Shown here one piece after another: positions 54,368-64,000 of a DNA stretch of 64,000 bases. Every line of letters begins with the position of its first letter. Position 1 is the stretch's first letter. The notes under the pieces were generated by a model, which was not told the origin of the DNA, did not search any database, and worked only from the letters and a program-made list of their open reading frames with translations. The position numbers and the translations under genes were made by a program. The DNA lies in contig JBGAQA010000020.1 of the NCBI GenBank assembly GCA_044220955.1, positions 25,284 through 89,283 on the forward strand. Direction: 5' to 3'. The stretch is from Sandaracinaceae bacterium. Lineage in GTDB: Bacteria > Myxococcota_A > Polyangia > Polyangiales > Sandaracinaceae.

Positions 54368-56038
54368 TCAGTCGAGGCACACCTCGCGCGGCCTGGGCTC
54401 GGCCACGGCCGCCGTGAGGTCGACGGTCCCGATGCCGAGCTGCGCGAAGTCGTTCGCGCCCCAGCAGTACACGCGTCCGGTGGAGGTGCGGGCGCACGTG
54501 TGGTCGTCGCCGACCGCGAGCTGAACGACGTCGCTCACGCCGCCCACGAGCGTCGGCTCGCCCACGGTGCCCGTGGACATCGCCCCGGCCTGACCGGCGA
54601 CGTTCGCGCCCCAGCACCACACCGCTCCGGCGAGGAGCGCGCAGTTCACTCCGGTGCCGGCGGCGATCTGCTCGAAGTGGTCGCCGACCATGCCCGCCAT
54701 GCCGAGCGTGCGGGTGCAGTTGCAGCCCGCCTCGGTGGTCGCGATGCGCCCCAGCTCGAGGGTGGAGTTGTCGCCGAGGCACGCCGCGACGCCGCCGCCG
54801 ACCAGCGCGCACGCGTGGGCGAAGCCGAGCGCGATGGTGGTGGCCGCGTGGCCGAGGTCGAGCGTGACCGGCGCGCTCGACGTCGCCTCGAGGGCCACGG
54901 CAGGGCCGAAGATGCCGCGGAACGACTGGCCGAGGCAGTGGCCATCGCCCCCCGAGAGCGCGCAGAGCGCGTGGTACGAGGCCGTGATCGCGGTGTTGCC
55001 GCTGCCGAGCTCTGGGATGCTGCGGTCGGCCGGCATCACCGCGCCGAGCTGCCCCTCGGCGCCTCGCCCCCAGCCCTGCACCGAGCCGTCGGCGCGCAGC
55101 GCGTACGCGCTCTCCTCGGCCGCGACGAGGGCCACGATGGCGCGCGGTCCCGCCCCGCTCGCGAGGACCGCCCCCGCCCCGTCGAGCACGGGCGTCGCAG
55201 CGCCGCCGCGCCTCATCACGTCGGGGCCGCGCTGTCCGGAGTCGTGGGGTCCCCAGCACACCAGACGCTCCATCGCATCGAGCGCACACGTCTCGTGCGC
55301 GCCGGCGCCGAGCACGGAGCGCGTGGCGGACGCGACGAGAGGGACGCCCGCCTCGTCGAGCACCGGCGTGGGCCGGAGCGCGCAGTCGAGCCCGCTCACG
55401 CAGCGGGTGTGGTCGACCGGGAACTCGGCGCCGTCGCCGATCTGGCCGTGGTGGTTGGCGCCCCAGCAGAGCACGGCGCGGTCGTCGCGGACGAGGCAGG
55501 TGTGATCGTACCCTGCGGCGATGGCGAGCGCGGTGTGCACGCCGGTGCAGGGCGCACCACCGCCGTCTCCGGCGTCGCGTCGACCGACGTCGAGCTGGCC
55601 GGCGGCGTCGAGGCCCGCGTCGAGCCCACCGTCCGGCAGCTCGACGCGCACGCACCGCGCGCGCCCGTCGCCGGTCGGCTCGCACCGCGCGTCGGCCGGA
55701 CACTCCGACACGCTGGCGCACGCGTTGACGCACGCGCGGTCCACGCACGCGAGCGCGCCGGGGCAGGGAGCGCTGGGCCCACAGCCGGGATCGTCGTCGA
55801 GCGCGCACGAGCCGGCGCCCGACGCTTCGAGCAGGCAGAGCGAGCCGACCGGGCAGTCGCGGTTCAGGACGCACTCGGGCCGGCAGCGCCCGAAGGCGCA
55901 CGTCAGCGGCGCGGCGCATTCGCTCGGGCGAGAGCACGCGGCGCCCCGCGCCGCCGGCGTCTGGCACGAGGCCAGCACCCCCGAGGCCAGCACCGTCGTG
56001 GCGAGCAGGGCGACGACTTCGGGGCTCGGTGCGCGCAC
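54368..56038 (-). CDS. RCC1-repeat lipoprotein with Cys-rich N-terminus
   Basis: LASC lipobox, Cys modules, repeated AG.DHTC...V.CWG.N..GQLG. Confidence 0.88.
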   Translation of the reverse strand: MRAPSPEVVALLATTVLASGVLASCQTPAARGAACSRPSECAAPLTCAFGRCRPECVLNRDCPVGSLCLLEASGAGSCALDDDPGCGPSAPCPGALACVDRACVNACASVSECPADARCEPTGDGRARCVRVELPDGGLDAGLDAAGQLDVGRRDAGDGGGAPCTGVHTALAIAAGYDHTCLVRDDRAVLCWGANHHGQIGDGAEFPVDHTRCVSGLDCALRPTPVLDEAGVPLVASATRSVLGAGAHETCALDAMERLVCWGPHDSGQRGPDVMRRGGAATPVLDGAGAVLASGAGPRAIVALVAAEESAYALRADGSVQGWGRGAEGQLGAVMPADRSIPELGSGNTAITASYHALCALSGGDGHCLGQSFRGIFGPAVALEATSSAPVTLDLGHAATTIALGFAHACALVGGGVAACLGDNSTLELGRIATTEAGCNCTRTLGMAGMVGDHFEQIAAGTGVNCALLAGAVWCWGANVAGQAGAMSTGTVGEPTLVGGVSDVVQLAVGDDHTCARTSTGRVYCWGANDFAQLGIGTVDLTAAVAEPRPREVCLD

Positions 56039-56101
56039 GCTGGAACAGCGTACACCGACGGGCCCGGCCAGCGGTCGTGTCCCTCCGCGGTGCGGGAAGG
56101 T

Positions 56102-58429
56102 CTATCCGTCCAGGATCTCCCTCACGCGCACCATCAGCGTCTCCGGCGAGAAGGGCTTCGCCACCACCGGCTCCCGCGAGGCGACGGGGCGATCGTCCGG
56201 CGCCGCGTCGTAGCCGGACATGAAGAGCACCTTGAGCCGCGGGAACCGACCGGTCAGGCGCGCCGCGAGCTCTCGCCCGCCGAGGTGCGGCATGACGAGA
56301 TCCGTGAGCAGCAGGTCGATCTGCTCGCCGCGCTCCTCGCACACGACCAGGGCGTCGCCGCCGCTCGCCGCCGCCATGACCTTGTAGCCGCCGCTCTGCA
56401 GGATCCGCTCGACGAGGCCACGGACCGCCGCCTCGTCCTCGACGACGAGCACGGTCTCGTGCCCGGTCGGAAGCGATCGCCGGGTGGGCTTCACCTCGGC
56501 CGGACGCGCGTCCACGCGGGGCAGCAAGACCTCGAAGCTCGTCCCTCGCCCGAGCTCGCTCTCGACCGTGACGACACCGCCGCTCTGCTTCACGATGCCG
56601 TAGACGGTGGACAGACCCAGGCCCGTGCCTCTTCCCTCCTCCTTCGTCGTGAAGAACGGCTCGAAGATGCGAGCCTGGGTCTCGGGGGCCATCCCGATGC
56701 CGGTGTCCGCGAGCGCGAGCACCGCGTAGCGACCCGCCCGAAGCCCGCGGCGCTCGGCCTCGGTCCCCGTGAGGTCCACGGTGCTCGTCTGCACCGTGAT
56801 GACCCCGCCGCGAGGCATCGCGTCGCGCGCGTTGACCGCGAGGTTCATGATGACCTGCTCCATCTGGCCAGGATCGGCCATCACGGTCACCGGCTTGTCG
56901 TCGAGATCGATCGCGACGTCGACGCCCTCGCCGAGCAGTCGTCCGAGCAGAGCCTCGACCCCGTGGATGGTCTTGTTGAGGTCGAGCACCTGGGGGGAGA
57001 GCACCTGGCGTCGGCTGAAGGCGAGCAGCTGGCGGGTGAGCGCGGCGGCCCGGGTGCCAGCGGCCTCGATCTCGCGCAGGTCGGCGCGCAAGGGGTCGCG
57101 CTCGCCGAGATCCTGCGCGGCCATGCTCGCGTAGCTGATGATCACCGAGAGGAGGTTGTTGAAGTCGTGCGCGACCCCGCCGGCCAGGCGCGCCACCGCC
57201 TCGAGCTTCTGCGCGACGAAGACCTGGGCCTCGAGGCTCGCCCGCGCCGCCTCGGCGCGTTTTCGTTCGGTGATGTCCTCCACGACCGACGTGAGGTAGT
57301 CGGGCTCGCCCGTGGCCGTGCGTACGAGCGCCATGGCGTGGCTCACCCACACGATCTCCCCGTCACCGCGGACCAGGCGCTTCTCGGCGGTGTAGGCCTC
57401 GAGGGATCCTTCGTGCATGCGCTCGCGGGCGATGCGCCCGCCGGCTCGGTCCTCCGCGTGCGTCACCGCCTCCACGGTGGACTCGAGGAGCTCGTCGCGC
57501 GACCGACCGAGGATCGCGCACAAGCGCTTGTTCACCCACGTCCACCGGCCGTCCAGGGTGGTGTGCCCGATGCCGACGGCCGCCTGCTCGAACGCGGCCC
57601 GCAGCCGCTCGTCGCTCGCGTAGAGCGCACGCTCGGCGCGCCGGCGCGCCGTCAGGTCCACCATCGTGGTGACGTGACACGGGACGCCCGACACCTCGAG
57701 CGGGCGCGACGAGAAGAGGATCTCGACCTCCCTGCCCGATCGGGCCCGGGCGCGCAGCAGCGCATCGCGAAGGCCCCCGGACTCGAGCTGCTGCAGGATG
57801 AGGGCATCGCGGTCGGGCGCGGAGAGCATCCCCAGCGAGAGGGAGGTCCGCCCGATGACCTCGTCCCTCGTCCACTCGAACATGGCGCAGAAGGCGTCGT
57901 TGACGTCGATGAACGTCCCGTCCTCGATCTTGGTGACGGTCATGCCCGCCGGGCTCACGCGAAAGGCGCCGCTGAACAGGGCCTCGGACGTGCGCAGCGC
58001 CTCCTCGGCGCGCTTGCGCTGGGTCGTGTCGACCACGGTCGTGACGAAGAAGAGGGGGAGGCCGGCCTCGTCTCTCCTGAGGACGCTGCTGACGTCGCCC
58101 CAGAGGATCGACCCGTCGCGCTTGACGTATCGCTTGTCGAAGCGGACGCGGTCGGTCTTCCCCTCGAGGAGCGCGGAGACGATCTCCTGCACGGCGGGGA
58201 TGTCCTCGGCGGGTGTGAGCTGCTGCCAGGGTCGCCCCTCGAGCTCGTCCTTGCGGTACCCCAGCATCTCCGCGAAGGCGTCGTTGACGGAGATCTCGCC
58301 GGTAGGAGAGGTGATCGACATGCCGACGTTGGCGACGTCGAACACGCTGCGCGCCACCTCCTGGCTGCTGCGCAGCGCGTCCCCGTCGCGCGCGAGCTCC
58401 TCGGAGCCCCGAGAATCGTGTCCGGACAT
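56102..58429 (-). CDS. Cytoplasmic hybrid histidine kinase (3 PAS, HisKA, HATPase, REC)
   Basis: Three PAS repeats, AGGVAHDFNNLL, NLAVNARDAM, FEPFFTTK, GTGLGL, LLTDLVMP. Confidence 0.95.
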   Translation of the reverse strand: MSGHDSRGSEELARDGDALRSSQEVARSVFDVANVGMSITSPTGEISVNDAFAEMLGYRKDELEGRPWQQLTPAEDIPAVQEIVSALLEGKTDRVRFDKRYVKRDGSILWGDVSSVLRRDEAGLPLFFVTTVVDTTQRKRAEEALRTSEALFSGAFRVSPAGMTVTKIEDGTFIDVNDAFCAMFEWTRDEVIGRTSLSLGMLSAPDRDALILQQLESGGLRDALLRARARSGREVEILFSSRPLEVSGVPCHVTTMVDLTARRRAERALYASDERLRAAFEQAAVGIGHTTLDGRWTWVNKRLCAILGRSRDELLESTVEAVTHAEDRAGGRIARERMHEGSLEAYTAEKRLVRGDGEIVWVSHAMALVRTATGEPDYLTSVVEDITERKRAEAARASLEAQVFVAQKLEAVARLAGGVAHDFNNLLSVIISYASMAAQDLGERDPLRADLREIEAAGTRAAALTRQLLAFSRRQVLSPQVLDLNKTIHGVEALLGRLLGEGVDVAIDLDDKPVTVMADPGQMEQVIMNLAVNARDAMPRGGVITVQTSTVDLTGTEAERRGLRAGRYAVLALADTGIGMAPETQARIFEPFFTTKEEGRGTGLGLSTVYGIVKQSGGVVTVESELGRGTSFEVLLPRVDARPAEVKPTRRSLPTGHETVLVVEDEAAVRGLVERILQSGGYKVMAAASGGDALVVCEERGEQIDLLLTDLVMPHLGGRELAARLTGRFPRLKVLFMSGYDAAPDDRPVASREPVVAKPFSPETLMVRVREILDG

Positions 58430-58590
58430 CCGTCAGCCCCCCTGCGGTCCGCGACGATGGACCGCTCCACCGCTCGCGGCGGTGCACGACCCGATCACCA
58501 TAGCGGCGAACGGGCCCGCTGGGAATCGCCGAGCGCCGGGAGACCGCCCCCGCGAGCGCATCCGCCGCCCGCGCGAGGTGAGCGCGATCC

Positions 58591-59133
58591 TCAGCCGCCC
58601 CGCGCGGCGAGTATCCGAGCGAGCTCTTCGACGCCCGCCCTGCGCGGGTCCGCGACGAGGACGTGGTCGATGCGCCGCGAGGGAGCGCTCCCGTCTCGGT
58701 GCCACTGCTCGCCCGGGCTGCCCCTCTCGTCCCGTAGCTCGATGAGCTCGAGGAACGCCCTGCCGCGCGCGTCGGTCGCGACGACCCGGAGCGCCGTGCC
58801 CGTCACGTGCCTCCGCCTCGGCCGCCGCGTGACGTCGTACGTGCGCTGCACGGCGAACGGGCCGAGATACTCGAACGTCTTGCCGTGCCGGTGGATCTCC
58901 ACGCGCAGCTTCTTCCCCTCGCCGAGGATGCGCAGGCGCGATGTCGAGGAGCGATCGACGAGGATCGCCAGCACGCCGAAGACGGCCGTGGTGAGCAAGA
59001 GCGGCGTGCGCTCGGGATCGGCATGGTGGGCAGCGGCGAAGAGCGCGGACAGGCACGCACCGCCGAACAGCACCCAGCGGACCAGATCCCCGCCCGGCGA
59101 CTTCAGCGTTCCGTCGTACCGGACGTCGTCCAC
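58591..59133 (-). CDS. Hypothetical membrane protein
   Basis: Two TM segments; TACGAC-N6-GTG upstream. Confidence 0.5.
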   Translation of the reverse strand: MDDVRYDGTLKSPGGDLVRWVLFGGACLSALFAAAHHADPERTPLLLTTAVFGVLAILVDRSSTSRLRILGEGKKLRVEIHRHGKTFEYLGPFAVQRTYDVTRRPRRRHVTGTALRVVATDARGRAFLELIELRDERGSPGEQWHRDGSAPSRRIDHVLVADPRRAGVEELARILAARGG

Positions 59134-59270
59134 GACCCAGTCGTAGCACCCCGGACGGGCGGCACGTCCGGCCTCATTCGACGGACAGCGCCGATCGGCC
59201 GCCTCGCGGCCGTGGCGGCGCGCATCTGCCGTGCGCGCCGGGCGCAACCTCGATAGCCTCACGCCTCGCG

Positions 59271-60071
59271 ATGGAGCCGAAGTCACCCCGGAAGGCGCGC
59301 GCTCGCGCGGGAGGTCCGCGGCCCGCGGACGCGCCCGCGCACGATCTTGAGGAGCCGGTCGTGGTGATGCAGGGCGTCTGGCGCTCGTTCGGGCCGCGCA
59401 CGGTCCTCTCGGGCGTGACCACGACCGTGCGGCGCCGCGAGGTGCTCGGCGTGGTCGGGCCCAACGGCGGCGGCAAGAGCACGCTCCTGATGCTCATGGC
59501 AGGGCTCCTGCGCCCGACGGCGGGGCACGTGCGCGTGTGCGGCAGGGAGGCGCACACGCTCTCGCTCACTGGCGCGGGCCTCGTCGGGCTCGTGACCGCG
59601 CGTCCGGGCCTCTACCCGCTGCTGAGTGGGCGCGAGAACCTGCACCACTTCGGCGGGCTCTTCGGGCTCGCGCCGGCCCAGGTCGACGAGAAGGCCGAGC
59701 CGCTCGTGCGCGAGCTCGAGCTCACCCGCGGCTTCGACGAGCGGGTCGGAGCGTGGTCGACCGGGATGCAGCAGAAGCTCTCGCTGATCCGCGCGCTCCT
59801 TCTCTCGCCCGAGCTGCTCCTGCTCGACGAGCCCACGGCCAACCTCGATCCCGTCGTCTCGCGCACGCTGCACGCCGAGGTGCGGCGACGGGCCGACGCG
59901 GGCCTCTGCTGCGTGCTCGTGACCCACGACCTCGAGGCGGCAGAGGCGTTCTGCGACCGCGCGCTCCTCGTCGACGTCGAGGTGAGGCGCGAGCTCGCGT
60001 TCCCGGAGCGGCGCGGACCCGTGACGGGGCCCCTGCTCTCGGCCTGGCGCGAGGAGATCGGGGCGCGATGA
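59271..60071 (+). CDS. ABC transporter ATP-binding protein
   Basis: [28 protein letters not shown]. Confidence 0.9.
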   Translation: MEPKSPRKARARAGGPRPADAPAHDLEEPVVVMQGVWRSFGPRTVLSGVTTTVRRREVLGVVGPNGGGKSTLLMLMAGLLRPTAGHVRVCGREAHTLSLTGAGLVGLVTARPGLYPLLSGRENLHHFGGLFGLAPAQVDEKAEPLVRELELTRGFDERVGAWSTGMQQKLSLIRALLLSPELLLLDEPTANLDPVVSRTLHAEVRRRADAGLCCVLVTHDLEAAEAFCDRALLVDVEVRRELAFPERRGPVTGPLLSAWREEIGAR

Positions 60072-60841
60072 GGGCCTGGGTACGCATCGCGCGGACCGAG
60101 GTGCTCGAGCACCGGCGCCAGCCCTCGATGCTCTTCATCCTCGCGGCGAACTACCTCGTGTGGATCGTCGCGTTCGGCGTGGTCTTCGCGCTCTTCGACC
60201 GCACGACGCGCGACCCGGACGCGATGGCCCTGCTCGACGAGCAGCTCGAGGCCGCCGGCATCGAGCCGGGCACGATGCTGCAGCTCGGCGTCTCCACGTT
60301 CGGCTCCCTGCTCTTCACGAACCTGCCGCTCTTCGTCGCGATCACCTCGGGCTACTCGGTGCTGCACGATCGCACGTGCGGCACGATGCCCTTCCTCATG
60401 CTGGCCCCGCTCTCGCGCCTCGAGCTGCTCTGGGGCAAGCTCTGCGGCGCGATGGCGTTCCCGCTCGTCTTCCACCTCGTGTTCGTGGGGGCGAGCACGC
60501 TCCTGCTCGGCCGGCTCGAGGCGCTCGCGCCCTTCGCGCCCGCGCTCGGCGCCTCGCCCGCGTGGTGGGTGGCGTTCCTCGTCGGCGCACCGGCGTCCGC
60601 GATGCTGGTCGGCGCGCTCGGCACCGTCATCTCCTCGCTCTCGAGCGACGTGCGCACCTCGATGCAGTACACGTCGTTCTTCATCGGCCTCTTGAGCCTC
60701 GGCATCGGCTTCGCGCTCGTCGACGGCATCTCGCAGGGGATCGGCCTGCAGCTCGTGTTCGCGGCGGGATGTCTCGTGCTCGCGGGGCTCACGCTGCTCG
60801 CCGGCGCGCGCATCATCAGCCGCGACGTCGTGCCCTCGTAG
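60068..60841 (+). CDS. ABC-2 type permease
   Basis: ATGA coupling, about six TMs, DRTCGTM..L...PLSR.ELLWGK. Confidence 0.85.
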   Translation: MRAWVRIARTEVLEHRRQPSMLFILAANYLVWIVAFGVVFALFDRTTRDPDAMALLDEQLEAAGIEPGTMLQLGVSTFGSLLFTNLPLFVAITSGYSVLHDRTCGTMPFLMLAPLSRLELLWGKLCGAMAFPLVFHLVFVGASTLLLGRLEALAPFAPALGASPAWWVAFLVGAPASAMLVGALGTVISSLSSDVRTSMQYTSFFIGLLSLGIGFALVDGISQGIGLQLVFAAGCLVLAGLTLLAGARIISRDVVPS

Positions 60842-60915
60842 ACCTCCGACGGGGATGCGCCGGGCACCCGACGCGCCGTCCTTCGGGTCGTCGACCCGCG
60901 ACGCGCGAGGAGCCG

Positions 60916-61881
60916 CTAAGGCCCGACGAACCCGTTCAGCAGCGAGGTGCCGATGCTCACGGCCTCCGCGTGGTCCTCGTTGCGGGTCACGCGCGCGCCG
61001 GTGCCGGTGAACACGAGGTATGTGACGCCGGAGTCCACGCCGCCGGTCCTCGGGCTCGAGGGGATGCCGAGCGCCTCCGCCATCGCGAAAGACGCCTCTC
61101 CGATGATCGAGCTCGGGCCGGCGTCGCCGAAGATGCCGAACACCATGCGGCCGTTGTACATCACCAGCGCGACCTGGCCGGTGCGGATCCCGTAGTCGGT
61201 GTAGCGGAAGCGCGTGCTCGCGAGCGGGATGACCATGAAGGGAAGCGTGCTCGCGTCGAGCGGGTTGCCGAGCGAGTCCACGCCGCTCGTGTCCGGCAGG
61301 TAGTCCGGATCGGACATGCAGATCGCCCCCTGGCCGCCGTCGCAGTCGATGTCCATGTCGGCGGTCCACCAGATCACCGTGTCGGTCTGGCAGATCGGGA
61401 TGTCCGACGTGCCGCCGACGTCCTTCGCGTAGTTGCCGCCGATGCGGGTGCATGCGCCGAGACGCGCGAGCACGTCGGCCACGGTCACGCTCCCTCCGGG
61501 CGCGTCGAGCATCATCCCCGCGTCGCTCGCGGCGACGCAGCACTGGATGTCGCTCGGCCCCGGACAGAGCCCGCGCACCGACGTGCCGGCGCAGAGCGAC
61601 GTCGAGATGCAGGTGCCCGACACGCCACCGGACGTGCAGGGGCCCCACGTGGCGTCGGGGGCGACGAAGGCGTCCATCGGCGCGGTCCACGCGTCCATCG
61701 GATCGGCGGCGGCGTCGAGCCCGGGCGCGTCGAGGTCGCCAGCGTCCATCGGGGCCACGGCCGCGTCGTCGCCCGAGCCCGCGTCGATCTCGGCCGCGTC
61801 GTCGCGAGGTCTCGACTGGACGACACCGCTGCAGCCGGCGTTCGACATCAGCAAGAGCACGAGGAGCGGTCGTCGGTCCAT
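60916..61881 (-). CDS. GH75 (fungal-type) chitosanase lipoprotein with Cys-rich module
   Basis: NAGC lipobox, DA-repeat linker, [34 protein letters not shown]. Confidence 0.85.
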   Translation of the reverse strand: MDRRPLLVLLLMSNAGCSGVVQSRPRDDAAEIDAGSGDDAAVAPMDAGDLDAPGLDAAADPMDAWTAPMDAFVAPDATWGPCTSGGVSGTCISTSLCAGTSVRGLCPGPSDIQCCVAASDAGMMLDAPGGSVTVADVLARLGACTRIGGNYAKDVGGTSDIPICQTDTVIWWTADMDIDCDGGQGAICMSDPDYLPDTSGVDSLGNPLDASTLPFMVIPLASTRFRYTDYGIRTGQVALVMYNGRMVFGIFGDAGPSSIIGEASFAMAEALGIPSSPRTGGVDSGVTYLVFTGTGARVTRNEDHAEAVSIGTSLLNGFVGP

Positions 61882-61908
61882 CGGCCGAGCGTAGCGCAGA
61901 CCGGTGGA

Positions 61909-63120
61909 TCAGCGCGGGATCGTGACGAGCTCGACCTCGAGCGGGGCGCTCGGCGAGGCGCCGGTGGCCGCGTGCTGGCCGCCGATCACCACGACGTGGC
62001 ACGCGTCGAGCGCGATCGCGCGGTGGTCGAGGCGCGCGACCGCGAGGTCGACCGGCAGGCGCGTCCACGCTCCGTCGGTGCCGCGCACCTCGATGCTCGG
62101 CGTGGCGGCAGGCCCGGGCTCGCTGTCGCTCCAGCCGCCGATCGCGACGAGCCGGCCGTCGCCGAGCGCCGTGAGCGTGTGCGCCATGCGCCGCACGTGC
62201 ATCGGCGCGGCGGGCGTGAAGCGATCGCTCGCGGGGTCGTAGTCGTCCACGTCGGCGAGCGTTCCGTCCATCCCGTTCGCGCCGCCCGCGACGATCACGT
62301 GCCCGCTCGGCAGCGCGGCGAGCGCGACGGCCTTGCCCGGGTGCGCGCGCGCGCTCCCCGGCGTGAAGAGCTCGTCCGTCGCCGGCGCCCAGCGCACGCC
62401 GCTCGCGAGCTCGCCCATGCCGGAGTCGCCGCCGACGAGGAGCACCGACTCGCTCGAGGCGATCCACGCCGCGTCGTGGAAGCCGCGCGCGGGCAGGAGC
62501 GTCGACGTCAGGGTCCGGATCGTGTCGCTCGCCGGGTCGTAGAGCTCGAGCGAGTTCTGGAAGCGCAGGCCCCGCGCCTGCAGGCCGCCCGCGATCAGAA
62601 CGCGTCCGTCGGGCAGCGCGGTGGCCGTGTGCGCCTCGCGCCCGAGCGCGAGCGCGACCTCGGAGGGGACGAACGTGCCGCTGCCATCGTCGTAGCGCTC
62701 GATCGCGACGACCGAGCCGGTGCGGTCGTCGAAGCCACCGATCACGAGCACGCCCTGCGCCACCACCGTCGTCGATGCGAAGTTGCGCCCGACGAGGAGC
62801 GAGCCCGTGGGCGTGACCGCCTGCGAGGCTGCGTCGTAGATCTCGGCGCTCGTCGTCATCCCGAGCGTGAAGTCGAAGCCTCCTGCGATCAGCACGCGTC
62901 CGCCCGTGAGCGCCGCCACCGCCGGTGCGTAGCGTCCCCGCGAGAGCATCGCGACCGTCTCGACCCGCGCAGCCGTGATGCCGTCGCACGGATCCACCCA
63001 TGCGTCGGGCGCCGTCCACGCGTCCTGCCCCCCGTCGTTCGTCGCGTCGTGCGCGGCGCCGGGATCGCTGCACGCGCAGAGCGCGACGCCGAGCACGAGG
63101 TTGCGGACGAGGGCTCGCAA
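61909..63120 (-). CDS. Kelch-repeat lipoprotein (start uncertain, 63120 or 63138)
   Basis: LCAC lipobox; repeated [15 protein letters not shown]...E.YDP. Confidence 0.85.
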   Translation of the reverse strand: MRALVRNLVLGVALCACSDPGAAHDATNDGGQDAWTAPDAWVDPCDGITAARVETVAMLSRGRYAPAVAALTGGRVLIAGGFDFTLGMTTSAEIYDAASQAVTPTGSLLVGRNFASTTVVAQGVLVIGGFDDRTGSVVAIERYDDGSGTFVPSEVALALGREAHTATALPDGRVLIAGGLQARGLRFQNSLELYDPASDTIRTLTSTLLPARGFHDAAWIASSESVLLVGGDSGMGELASGVRWAPATDELFTPGSARAHPGKAVALAALPSGHVIVAGGANGMDGTLADVDDYDPASDRFTPAAPMHVRRMAHTLTALGDGRLVAIGGWSDSEPGPAATPSIEVRGTDGAWTRLPVDLAVARLDHRAIALDACHVVVIGGQHAATGASPSAPLEVELVTIPR

Positions 63121-63144
63121 TCGCAGGTAGCATCGCACGTCGTC

Positions 63145-63849
63145 ATGCCGGGCTGTCGTCACGAGTTCCTCGCCGAGGCGGGCCACGAGCAGGCGTTCAC
63201 GATCGACGCGTCGGCGATCGTGTTCGGGCGCGGCGCGATCGCCGAGCTGGGCGAGCACGCGCGGGCGCTCGGCGTGAAGCGGGTGGCCGTCTTCACCGAC
63301 CCGCGCGTGGCGGTGCTGCCCTTCTTCGCGGCCGCGCGCCGTGCGCTCTCGGAGGCGGGCGTCGATCACGCCGTCTTCGACGCGGTGCACGTCGAGCCGA
63401 CCGACGCGTCGTTCCTCGAGGCGGCGCGCTTCGCGAAGGAGGGCCGCTTCGATGGCTACGTGTCGATCGGCGGCGGCTCGGCGATCGACACGTGCAAGGC
63501 CGCCGCGCTCTACGCGACGTACCCGGACGAGTTCCTGGCGTACGTCAACGCGCCCATCGGCCTCGGCAAGCCCGTGCCCGGCGTGCTCCCGCCGCACGTG
63601 GCGTGTCCGACCACGAGCGGCACGGGCGCCGAGTGCACCGGCATCGCGGTGTTCGACCTGCTGAGCGCGAAGGCCAAGACCGGCATCGCGTCGCGGCGCC
63701 TCCGGCCGACGCTCGCCATCGTCGATCCGGACGCGACGCGCACGCTGCCCTCCGAGGTGGTGGCGGCGAGCGGCTTCGACATCCTCTCGCACGCGCTCGA
63801 GTCCTACACCGCCAGGCCCTACACGCGGCGCGCGGCGCCCGGGAGCTAG
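63145..63849 (+). pseudogene. Truncated hydroxyacid-oxoacid transhydrogenase / iron-containing alcohol dehydrogenase (N-terminal half)
   Basis: [50 protein letters not shown] then TAG after 234 codons; C-terminal metal-binding His region absent. Confidence 0.65.
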
Positions 63850-63998
63850 GGCCGCGGGTCGGAGGACTGCCCGGCGTCGGAGACCTCGAGACGCTCGACG
63901 CGGAGTGTCCCGACGTCGAGCTGCTCGATGCGCACCCGGCCGAGGTGGGCCCGGCCGATGGCGAGGCGGCGGATCGCCAGCGCGCCGATCGCGCCGGC
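63846..63998 (-). CDS. 3' end of a small hypothetical protein running off the window
   Basis: [39 protein letters not shown]...PRP*; its TAG overlaps the opposite gene's TAG in CTAG. Confidence 0.55.
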   Translation of the reverse strand, partial: AGAIGALAIRRLAIGRAHLGRVRIEQLDVGTLRVERLEVSDAGQSSDPRP

Positions 63999-64000
63999 CC

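Noticed and set aside
54500..59146. 1548-aa plus-strand ORF and many other long Arg/Ala/Pro-rich ORFs (e.g. 13-2001, 18729-21548, 32456-35506, 59612-63133)
   Set aside because: Shadow ORFs antisense or out of frame to well-supported genes. Stop codons are rare at this GC content and the translations have no family motifs.
60160..63849. 1229-aa ORF suggesting a giant dehydrogenase fusion
   Set aside because: Only the part from ATG 63145 is protein-like; the rest overlaps the permease, GH75 and Kelch genes.
63847..64000. Stop-codon readthrough or frameshift rescuing the transhydrogenase
   Set aside because: None of the plus-strand frames after TAG resembles the expected continuation, and the minus strand carries a plausible gene end.

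Overview
Very GC-rich (roughly 70-75% by eye), gene-dense bacterial DNA. It is most consistent with a myxobacterium of the Polyangiales/Sandaracinaceae type; this is inferred from many Cys-rich lipoproteins with DAG-repeat linkers, a TonB-C-fused receptor, and DUF4388 and J-domain-receiver proteins. About 60 real genes can be separated from the many GC-driven shadow ORFs. Main blocks in order: (1) a membrane-anchored sulfatase-LamG gene facing a coupled operon of three sulfotransferases, an ABC exporter and a lipoprotein formylglycine-generating enzyme; (2) a likely sigma54-driven Tad minor-pilin cluster ending in a 676-aa Cys-repeat lipoprotein; (3) tatBC; (4) a CpxP/Spy-like plus two-component locus; (5) a Fic protein with a degenerate active site next to an Imm5-like gene; (6) a DUF4388-Omp85-DUF4390-NtrY-TlpA operon; (7) thiE; (8) a large lipoprotein esterase whose alpha/beta-hydrolase core appears circularly permuted; (9) tcdA; (10) pyrimidine catabolism genes (mmsA, preT, preA) bracketed and interrupted by two PIN toxin-antitoxin modules and an SMI1/KNR4 gene; (11) a GT1 glycosyltransferase; (12) a TonB-dependent receptor with two lipoproteins; (13) divergent ceramidase-like and Ntn-acylase lipoproteins; (14) RCC1, PAS hybrid kinase, ABC, GH75 chitosanase and Kelch genes; (15) a truncated hydroxyacid-oxoacid transhydrogenase. 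No rRNA, tRNA, CRISPR array or transposase was found. All family calls come from motif recognition by eye, not database searches.
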